Source of the DNA: an uncultured Rivularia sp.
Lineage (GTDB): Bacteria > Cyanobacteriota > Cyanobacteriia > Cyanobacteriales > Nostocaceae
Direction of reading: 5' to 3'
Length of the DNA stretch: 64,000 bases
NCBI GenBank assembly: GCA_963665115.1
Contig: OY762007.1
Span: forward strand, 4,544,001 to 4,608,000
The first letter of the stretch is position 1, and the number at the start of each line of letters is the position of its first letter. The notes beneath the pieces are model-generated. The model ran no database searches. It saw only the letters and a program-made list of their open reading frames with translations, and was not told where the DNA came from. Made by a program: the position numbers and the translations under genes. Shown one piece after another: positions 55,843-64,000 of the stretch.

Positions 55843-56679
55843 TTATTTTACTCGCCGGATGATGGTTAAACCGTCTCGTACCGGAAGTAGCACTTGTTCG
55901 ACACGTTTATCTTCAGCTACGGTGCGGTTAAATTCGGCGATCGCCTTTCCGTTGGCAGTACGTTCTGCTATCTGTAGATAAGGCTGTCCTTGAAGCAATG
56001 TATTATCAACGCAGATAAACCCGGATGGGGCTAATAAGTTTTTCTCTAAGAGGGTGTTGAAATAATCTACGTACCCTGCTTTGTCTGCATCAATAAACAC
56101 GAATTCAAATGACTCCCCCGATGCTGCGAGTTTATCCAAAGTTTCGCCTGCTGGGCCTATTTCAACTTGGATTTTTTCGCCGTGAGGAGATTCCCGAAAA
56201 GCAGCTTTACCGAACTCTGCTGTATAAGGGTCAACTTCACAAGCAATCAGTTTCCCGTCTGCGGGTAATGCTTCTGCCATTGCTAGAGCAGAATAGCCCG
56301 TAAACATACCGATTTCCAGTACTTGCTTGGCTTGGATCATATGGATAAACATTTTCAATGTTTGTCCTTCTATATGACCGGAAAGCATTTCCTGTTCTAA
56401 AGCGACAACGGTTTCCCCTCGATTAAAACGATTGTTCCACTGCTCTCGCGCTGTTTTATCGGCAAGGGCTGTTAAAGCTGCCGATTCAGAGGTGGTGCAT
56501 TCTTCTAAATAAGGATCTAAACCCGATGCTAAACCGGAAGCTTTTAGCAGCTTTTCTTTAACTTGTGCTGGCAACGTTTCTTTATCCAATGCTTGCACAA
56601 CGGCTTCTAATTCCTGCGCCAATATCCCTAAAGGCGTAACAGGTCTGCTGGCTACTGGCTTCTGTACAACACCCGTCAT
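55843..56679 (-). CDS. mysB: O-methyltransferase (4-deoxygadusol synthesis)
   Basis: RPVTPLGIL, EMLSGHIEGQ, LEIGMFTGYS and FIDADK. Confidence 0.93.
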   Translation of the reverse strand: MTGVVQKPVASRPVTPLGILAQELEAVVQALDKETLPAQVKEKLLKASGLASGLDPYLEECTTSESAALTALADKTAREQWNNRFNRGETVVALEQEMLSGHIEGQTLKMFIHMIQAKQVLEIGMFTGYSALAMAEALPADGKLIACEVDPYTAEFGKAAFRESPHGEKIQVEIGPAGETLDKLAASGESFEFVFIDADKAGYVDYFNTLLEKNLLAPSGFICVDNTLLQGQPYLQIAERTANGKAIAEFNRTVAEDKRVEQVLLPVRDGLTIIRRVK

Positions 56680-57920
56680 TAGCTTTCACTCCCTACAAGT
56701 TCAGCTTCTGATTCAGAATAAACTGGGTACATATCAACCCCTTCACCACCGCGAGGGAATTTCTGACAAATTTCTTTGTGTTCTGCTAAAGCTTCAGCTA
56801 ATTCTTCGCGGGTTAAATCGTTAGCAAAGAAGCATTCGCCAATTGGTTTGGGCATTGCGGCTCTTTGCTTACCGTCTCTTGTTAAAGAAATAGATTCAGT
56901 TGCATCCCACAAAAGGTCTGCTTCTAGTAAAGGATGATCGAGAGAAAGTCCAATTCGGCTCATTGTGCCTAAAATACGATCTCTATCTTCGGAGCTAATA
57001 TAACCTCTCTTCGCTGCAATAGTCGCAGATAAAGCCATATCGATATTGACTGCATGACCGTGGAAAATAGGTACGCGGGGTGCTAATTCTAAAGTAGGAC
57101 TCCAACTATGACCATAGGCTATAACTCGATCTAGGTCTAATTCGTGTAAGTTGGGTACTTCATATTCCAACATTTTCTTGATGGCTTTGTAAGTCAACTT
57201 ATGAGCGACTTCTTTGATTTCCTCTGTAGCATCAATGTTACCGAAGTGAGTGCGAAGTAATTCTTCACCGTATTCTTCGAGCAATTCAAATACTTCTTTG
57301 TGCCCAACTACGGCAATTTTGACTAATTCGGCCATACCGTTGCGTACTTGATCGGTTGGTAAGGTGCCTAAGAAGGAGAAATCAAGGAATACTTTAGAGG
57401 AAGCATGGTAAGCACCAAGACGATTTTTCAGCTTCTTATGGTTGACTGCTACCTTGATAGCAACGCTAGCGTCAATCAAACCAATCAAAGTAGTAGGGAT
57501 GCGAATATAATTACTGCTACGACGATAAGTAGAACAGGCAAAACCTGCAACATCTGTTACCAATCCACCACCGATTACCAAAACAGGCTCTTTACGAACC
57601 AGCTTAAAATCAGCGAATGCATCTATAATCTTCTCGAAACTTTGAATTGTTTTATTAGGCTCGGTGATAGTTACCGGAAAAGCTGTTACGTCAATGTTGT
57701 AATGCTCGAAGTACTGCTGCATTTTCTTGCTGAAATGCTTGTAGACATTAGAATCTACAACAGCCAAGCATCGCCCAAATTTCTCATAGCACTCTGCTAA
57801 TTCTGGATTATTGATGTCAAATATCCCATCAACATAGACGAGGCTATACTCAATTTTTTCATAAGCTTCTATATGAAAAGCAGATTCAGTAGCTTCTAAC
57901 TTTGACTGAACAATACTCAT
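56679..57920 (-). CDS. mysA: Sedoheptulose-7-phosphate cyclase (demethyl-4-deoxygadusol synthase)
   Basis: [49 protein letters not shown] and HGHAV. Confidence 0.95.
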   Translation of the reverse strand: MSIVQSKLEATESAFHIEAYEKIEYSLVYVDGIFDINNPELAECYEKFGRCLAVVDSNVYKHFSKKMQQYFEHYNIDVTAFPVTITEPNKTIQSFEKIIDAFADFKLVRKEPVLVIGGGLVTDVAGFACSTYRRSSNYIRIPTTLIGLIDASVAIKVAVNHKKLKNRLGAYHASSKVFLDFSFLGTLPTDQVRNGMAELVKIAVVGHKEVFELLEEYGEELLRTHFGNIDATEEIKEVAHKLTYKAIKKMLEYEVPNLHELDLDRVIAYGHSWSPTLELAPRVPIFHGHAVNIDMALSATIAAKRGYISSEDRDRILGTMSRIGLSLDHPLLEADLLWDATESISLTRDGKQRAAMPKPIGECFFANDLTREELAEALAEHKEICQKFPRGGEGVDMYPVYSESEAELVGSES

Positions 57921-59885
57921 AGCTGTTGAAATCCCCGTTAATGAAATTTTTACTTGTAAATGTGCGTTAGATAATCTACCTTGAGCGGTAGATTATGCAG
58001 AGTCTCTCTGCATTTAGTAAGATTTTGCCGCAATCTGTTACAGTCGCTAACTTTCGGGTACTGTTTGATTGAGAAATTTCTTTTTAAAACAAGCTTCTCA
58101 AAGCAGTCACGAGTCTCGAAAGCAGAGGGAGAAAAAGAGGCAAACGTAATGTACCAACCTTTCTGCTAATGGTAAAGATAAGTGTTTCGTTTCCAAAGCT
58201 ATCGCCTACCCGAAGCCGGCATTCTTGGTGTTGAAAGCTCACGTTGGAGAATGAAACAGTGCATAAACTTATTTAACCCAACCAAAAACAGCCTTAAATC
58301 TGGACGAATTTTTAAGACTTTCGATTGAAAAGCAGGATAATTACATACAGTTCCTCTAGGTTTAACCCTGTTTAACAAACTATAATTACGGGAAAAAAGG
58401 CTTGTGTGACTTTAATTCTGGATTATGAGCCAGCAGTCAAGCAGTTCGGTTAACCGCTTAAATTGACAAAGAAATAGACCACTTTATTACAGTACCATTC
58501 GTTGCACCTTATTTAACAACCAATATAAAGACAAATTTTCTTTTACCTTCTTCAATCAAGGTAATTTCTATCTCTTAGATGAGAAATTTTAGCTATCTCA
58601 AGTCAAGAGCGATTGCTTCCACGTACTTGAATACCATAATTTGAGATCCGGCATAAAGAGAGTTGGTTAAGTGCCGTACTGTCGGCGACAGTCGCTTAGC
58701 GCAACAATTAGCCATTCTAGAGTTGCCAAATACATTTAAATTGTTAATACTGAATTCGGCCAGTATTGAAATGGAATTCTGTCTATTGTGAATCAAGTAC
58801 CTTTACTCAAACAGGACAGCAGTTAAAGATTCTAGCTTTATCATTTACGTCCCGTAAGGAACGCAAATTTTACCTATGCCAATTTATGAAAGTTCTCCGA
58901 ACTTGTCTTCTGCTTCTACTTCGCAGAAATTCTACCGTAGCAAAAAGCTCCTCTCGGTAGTCTCCAGGCTTATGCTTAAGATTGCAGCCTAGATTTACAT
59001 TCAAGGAAGGGTCTGATGGCTTGTTGATTATCGCAGACTTGGACATTCCTTTTGAATCCTGAAGCTGAACATTAACTGAGCTTATCTCGGATGCTTTAAT
59101 TAACCCGCCTTCCACAGTTGGGTACTTCCACTCACGTTTGATTGGATAATACTAGTTAGTGTTTAAACAAACAATAATCCACAAACTGCTGCTAGACAAA
59201 TTAATCGCTACTACAGACAGAGTAAAACACGATAATAGCGGTTCTTCAGATTGAAGCCGTATCGCTCAGTTCTATACGGTTTGCAAAACCGAATTTTCGA
59301 TATTTTAGATCGTTCCGCAATCTATAGGAACAATACAAGATGCTAAAACTTACCCCGGAGATAGAAAGATTTGTCAAGATAGGTTGAATGTTTTACTTGT
59401 GTTGGTAATTTTTACTGTATCAAAAATTTGATAAAAAGTTTAATTTTTTTATTTAAAATAAAAATTTTTTTTTGCGGTCGAAGTAGAATCGACTTGCATT
59501 GGATTATTTCAACTGTCCCAGGGATTGATTATATCAGACTATAGACTGATATTAAATGCGATTTGAATATTAAAATAATTCAGATTTTATTTAGATTTAG
59601 CCGCAGTGAATCTTGCTTGAGATTTATAGTTAAGTTATTTTCAGGGACATTAGTCCGGCAGTTTAAATGTAAAACAAACAACTGAGTATTATATTTATAT
59701 ACTGAATAGTTGTGGAACTAAAACGATTATTTTTGATAAATAAGAGTAATATTGGAGTTTTTTTAGCTAAAAATTCATAGTTTTAGATTAATTAAAAATG
59801 ACGTTGTATTATTTATTACATTTAATCTAAAAGCAAAGCGAACAGGAAACAGCAGATAGGAAAAATAAATATTTACTAAAAACCT

Positions 59886-59915
59886 AAAAAAAAGACAGGT
59901 AAGGTACCTGTCTTT
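59886..59915 (-). terminator. Terminator after petA
   Basis: AAAGACAGGTA..TACCTGTCTTT with a U tract on the minus strand. Confidence 0.7.
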
Positions 59916-60072
59916 AGATTAATAATTCAGCTTGATGGCAATAAGCGTTACTCTAAGGAGTCGTGCCACGCTGTTGCTTGCGTCGCCTGTTAGCAGAGCG
60001 TGTCCGATAGGACGTAAGGCGGCGATACACCGCGAAGTGCAGCTCAGCTTAATGCATAAAGGCATAACGCGA

Positions 60073-61071
60073 TTAAAAGTTCATTTCAGCAGCTTGAACT
60101 TTCTCAACTTGCTTCTTCTTGAGGACAAGCATGATTTGAGCCATCATTGTCAGGGCTACAAATGCCATCAGTCCTCTGACTCTGCCTGCGCTTTGCAGTA
60201 CTATTTCTGTGTCATGCTGACCAAAACCGCCTACATTAGGGTTATTGGTTAAAGCTTCACCTGCTGCAACTTCTTGTCCTTCAGAAACAATTAATTGGGG
60301 TCCTGCGGGAATCGAAGTAGTGATGGTTTCCCCTTCTGGAGTTTGAACGTTCACAGCATACTTTGTACCACCAAAATCGTCTTCTTCTTTGGCAATTTTG
60401 GTAATCGTGCCAGTAGATTTAGTTACGAAAAGGTTATTATTGCTATTTTCGCCGGTAGGATAAACTTGTCCGCGTCCTCGGTTTCCACCAACGTAAACGC
60501 CGTATTTGCCGAAGTGGACATTTTTGTCAGTCGCGGGGTTCGGAGAAAGAATTGGGAAAACGATTTCTTGGTACTGTTCTCCTGGAAGCGGACCGACTAA
60601 ATAGATATTATCTTTCTCTTCGCTGTAAGGTTGGAAGTAAACATCGCCGACTTCCTCTTTCAACTCTTCGGATATGCGTTCGGGAGGAGCCAGTTTAAAC
60701 CCTTCGGGCAACATTAATACGGCACCAACATTTAAACCAACCTTGGAACCGTCAGCGCCTACTTGCTGGACGCTTGTATCGTAAGGAATTTTAACTACCG
60801 CTTTAAATACGGTATCCGGCAATACTGCTTGAGGTACTTCTACATCAGTATTTTTTGCAGCTAAGTGGCAGTTAGCGCAAACAATCCGTCCTGTAGGTTC
60901 TCTTGGTGTCTCCGGATATGCAGCTTGTGCCCAGAAAGGATAAGCAGCAGCAGTTTGGGGAACTGCTAAATCGCTGGCGAACAAAAATGTCACCGTGGCG
61001 ATCGCCACAAGCAATGTTTTGGAAATCGCTTTAAATACGCGACTTAACCGAGTCGTACAATTGTTTCTCAT
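60073..61071 (-). CDS. petA: Apocytochrome f
   Basis: YPFWAQ mature N-terminus, CANCH heme motif and C-terminal TM helix. Confidence 0.98.
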   Translation of the reverse strand: MRNNCTTRLSRVFKAISKTLLVAIATVTFLFASDLAVPQTAAAYPFWAQAAYPETPREPTGRIVCANCHLAAKNTDVEVPQAVLPDTVFKAVVKIPYDTSVQQVGADGSKVGLNVGAVLMLPEGFKLAPPERISEELKEEVGDVYFQPYSEEKDNIYLVGPLPGEQYQEIVFPILSPNPATDKNVHFGKYGVYVGGNRGRGQVYPTGENSNNNLFVTKSTGTITKIAKEEDDFGGTKYAVNVQTPEGETITTSIPAGPQLIVSEGQEVAAGEALTNNPNVGGFGQHDTEIVLQSAGRVRGLMAFVALTMMAQIMLVLKKKQVEKVQAAEMNF

Positions 61072-61280
61072 CTCTTCTTCGGAATTGGTCGTTAGTTATT
61101 AGTTATTAGTTCTTGTCTCAAGAACTCGGAATGCAGGATTAAAATAAGCAACAGCTAACAGCCAGCAGTTATTAGAATTGACCTCAAGAAGAAATTAACG
61201 TTCTAGGCGGGAATATAGCTCGCGTTACCGATTGAAGCCGTAAAATACTGATAACTAATTACTGGTCACTGTTAACTGGT

Positions 61281-61820
61281 TTAAGCCCACCAAGGATCTT
61301 CGTCGGTACGGAAATCAGTTTCAGTCCAAGGAGTAATCACCATTTGGTCATCTTGTACCGTGACATGACTCAAGGCTAAAGATAATGGTGCAGGACCGCG
61401 AACTACTTTACCAGTAGCATCATATTGGGAACCGTGACAGGGACACTTAAATTTATTTTCAGCAATATTCCAAGGTACAACGCAACCCAAGTGGGTACAG
61501 ATAGCGTTGATTCCATAATCTTGAATGGATTCGCTTCCATCTACCACAATGTATGTAGGGTCGCCTTTTAGTCCCTGTACCAAAGTGCGATCGCCTTCGT
61601 TGTGCTTACCTAAAAAATCAGAAACGCTGACAGTATCACCAAGTTCATCTTTAGCTGTGGTACCACCACCAGCACCACCACTCGAAGGCGGAAGAAAATA
61701 CTTGACAACGGGATACAATACTCCCAGAGCGACTCCGGACACAGTTCCGAAAGTCAGAAGATTCATGAATTGCCGACGACCCATATCGGGTACGTCCATT
61801 GATTCAGAGAATTGAGCCAT
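61281..61820 (-). CDS. petC: Cytochrome b6f Rieske iron-sulfur subunit
   Basis: RRQF Tat motif, CTHLGC and CPCHGS. Confidence 0.98.
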   Translation of the reverse strand: MAQFSESMDVPDMGRRQFMNLLTFGTVSGVALGVLYPVVKYFLPPSSGGAGGGTTAKDELGDTVSVSDFLGKHNEGDRTLVQGLKGDPTYIVVDGSESIQDYGINAICTHLGCVVPWNIAENKFKCPCHGSQYDATGKVVRGPAPLSLALSHVTVQDDQMVITPWTETDFRTDEDPWWA

Positions 61821-62047
61821 AATCTACGGGTTCGAGGTTGATTTTTGTTAACTTTTTTTGACCTGAGTTCTTTATTATTGGGAAACTCCAGTCTTGGATT
61901 GCCCATGCCCTATATAAATGCCTTCTGCTATCTTCAGATATTCAAAGGCATTCTTTGTTTAGCATTACATTTCTTTATATTCCTATCATACTGGAGTTAC
62001 GGAACTTCACATCATTACTAAATGTAAATAAAACCAAAAGTAAAGTT

Positions 62048-62356
62048 ATGACAGGACAAGAATTACGTCAAATATTGATTGAGAAATGGGGACGTTCTTA
62101 TGATGTTCAGTTGCGTCGCACACAAGGCAAACTTTTTCTACAGGTGATGTGGAAATATTTGGAGCAAGCTTCGTTTCCTTTGGATGAGAACGAGTACCTC
62201 GAACATTTGGATAGCGTAGCGAGTTATCTTGATGGAATGGGTGGAACTGAGCAGGTACAGGGATTTATTCAGGAAACGCGAGAACGTCCGCGACTTGGTA
62301 AAGCTGTTAGCGTTCCTTTGGATTTAGGCGAGCGTACTTCCGAGTGGATATTATAG
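62048..62356 (+). CDS. DUF3067 family protein
   Basis: KWGRSYDVQL, QVMWKYLEQASFP and RPRLGKAVS; ATG at 62048 chosen. Confidence 0.85.
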   Translation: MTGQELRQILIEKWGRSYDVQLRRTQGKLFLQVMWKYLEQASFPLDENEYLEHLDSVASYLDGMGGTEQVQGFIQETRERPRLGKAVSVPLDLGERTSEWIL

Positions 62357-62704
62357 CTTTTTCAAATTAATAAGGCTACAGCATTATTTCTCATTAGAAA
62401 CGCGATAGTTTTGTGAGAAATTTTATTAGTGACAACGTGGCGTAGCCACAAATACTAGTTTGTATAGGGAACGGGGAAAGGGGAACGGGGAACAGAATTT
62501 ATACGAAGCTTTTCAAAGTTAGAATATAACTTTTATAAATAGAAATAAAATAGTTGAAATTTTATGATTTTGGCATGGAAATATTTTAGATTGTAATAGT
62601 TTAGTCAATCCATCTATCGGATTTTTTTATAATTATTGGTATCATTATGTATTATTTTTTTTTCATATCGTTCTCCGTTTCCTGCTCTCTACCCCCTTAA
62701 ATAT

Positions 62705-63022
62705 ATGACAAATAATAAGTTAGAAACTTGGGAAAACAAAGTTCTCAAAAGTTATCTTGATGGTATTAGAATAATTAGAATTCCTGCATCTAGAAAAAAG
62801 CGTTTTGTAGTACTTCGATGGTTGGTAAGAAAGTTTGAGCTAGATTTAATTTATCAAGAATCTCAAGTAAATGAGATTATTAGTAACCACCATTCAGATT
62901 TTGCAACTTTGAGAAGGGAATTGATCGGCTATCAGCTTATGGGAAGAGAAAATAGTTTGTACTGGCGTAACCCTGCTTCTTTATGGAAGTCGGAGAATGA
63001 AATTATGCAACATAGAATTTGA
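62705..63022 (+). CDS. DUF2087 family protein
   Basis: IPASRKKR...YQESQVNEII..HSDFATLRRELI; ATG at 62705 chosen. Confidence 0.8.
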   Translation: MTNNKLETWENKVLKSYLDGIRIIRIPASRKKRFVVLRWLVRKFELDLIYQESQVNEIISNHHSDFATLRRELIGYQLMGRENSLYWRNPASLWKSENEIMQHRI

Positions 63023-63147
63023 AAGAGGTAATTGGTAATTGATAATTGGTAATAGGAGCATTCCAATTGTTGAAAAATCCGCAGGTAGAGCATCTTGCTC
63101 GCTCGGGAGTGTCAGCGAGCAAGATGCTCGCACTACAATATTAAAAA

Positions 63148-63480
63148 TCAAAATACTCTTTTACCTAAAGTAACTTCTCTATCTGGTTGAATTAATACAA
63201 CCTCACCATCATCAAGTACTACACCTAACACTAAAACTTCAGACATAAAATCGGCAATTTGGCGCGGTGGAAAGTTAGTTACGGCTAATATTGATTTATT
63301 GATTAAATCTTCTTGCTGGTAAAGTTTGGTAATTTGAGCGCTAGATTTTTTAACTCCCAAATTACCAAAGTCTATCCACAATTTGTAAGCAGGTTTCCTT
63401 GCATTAGGGAAATCTTCGGCTTTGATTATTTTCCCGACGCGAATTTCTACTTTCTCAAAGTCTTCGTAGGTAATTTGCAT
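63148..63480 (-). CDS. csaA: CsaA/tRNA-binding OB-fold chaperone
   Basis: KPAYKLWIDFG, SSAQIT and NFPPRQIA..SEVLVLG. Confidence 0.9.
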   Translation of the reverse strand: MQITYEDFEKVEIRVGKIIKAEDFPNARKPAYKLWIDFGNLGVKKSSAQITKLYQQEDLINKSILAVTNFPPRQIADFMSEVLVLGVVLDDGEVVLIQPDREVTLGKRVF

Positions 63481-63493
63481 TATTTACCTATTA

Positions 63494-64000
63494 TCATTTA
63501 CCAATCAATTTAACTAAACCAATTCCACCAAAGTATAATCCTAAAACTGCTCCTGCTAAAAGACTTTGGGTAAGTGGATCTGTGGAAGGTGTAAGAATGG
63601 CTCCTAGAACTACCGCTCCCATAATCACATAACGCCAGCCCGAAATCATTACTTTGGAAGAAACAATTCCCAAAGCACCAAGTAACAATTGAATTACGGG
63701 AATTTGGAAAGCTAAACCCGTACTAAATAGCAATAATAAAACGAATTCAAAATATTTATCAATTGACCAACTCTGCTCTACTACATCCGCACCATAATTA
63801 ATGAAAAAATTCAAAGCTGCGGGAATTAGCGCAAAGTAAGCAAATACCAATCCCGATAGAAATAGTACGGTAGAACCCATAAATACGGGTATAAGTAAAC
63901 GACGTTCCCTTCGAGTTAATCCCGGTAGAACAAATTGAACGAGTTGATATAAAACAAATGGGCTAGCTAAAACTAAGCCACTATAACCAGCTACTTTGAT
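63494..64000 (-). CDS. tatC: Twin-arginine translocase TatC (5' end outside window)
   Basis: [12 protein letters not shown] upstream in frame, GLAFQIPV and AILTPSTDP. Confidence 0.93.
   Translation of the reverse strand: MKVAGYSGLVLASPFVLYQLVQFVLPGLTRRERRLLIPVFMGSTVLFLSGLVFAYFALIPAALNFFINYGADVVEQSWSIDKYFEFVLLLLFSTGLAFQIPVIQLLLGALGIVSSKVMISGWRYVIMGAVVLGAILTPSTDPLTQSLLAGAVLGLYFGGIGLVKLIGK

Noticed and set aside
58593..59115. Short ORFs upstream of mysA as mysD/E remnants or regulators
   Set aside because: No recognisable motifs, weak starts, and no frame joins that give a known protein.

Overview
AT-rich chromosomal segment from a filamentous, probably heterocyst-forming cyanobacterium (Nostocales). 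Evidence for this: many HIP1 GCGATCGC sites, heptamer STRR arrays, petCA, Yfr1 and an NsiR1-like RNA. Most of it is conserved core genome: vte1, tRNA-Arg(CCT), plsX-fabH-fabD-plsC, dacB, lptC, metG, pepA, mutS2, guaB-like/Yfr1/trxA, pilB-pilT-pilC divergent from grpE-dnaK-dnaJ-tusA-rsgA, a GH57 enzyme, petC-petA and csaA-tatC. It also carries the mycosporine sunscreen genes mysABC without mysD/E, and a small repeat-bounded accessory patch after pepA (Sel1 protein, Phd/ParE-RelE toxin-antitoxin pair with a stopped toxin, SMI1/KNR4 remnant). At least seven conserved genes are split by 1-2 nt indels in short homopolymers, most likely sequencing or assembly errors. The most interesting unexplained signals are non-coding: (1) an ~280-nt, heavily base-paired RNA candidate with its own promoter between dnaK and dnaJ; (2) an ~245-bp IS200/IS605 miniature that keeps both ends and the TnpB omega-RNA-like scaffold but no protein; (3) a solitary NsiR1-like sRNA with a DIF1-type promoter; (4) a long structured region upstream of mysA. 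Family names come from my recognition of the sequences, not from database searches.
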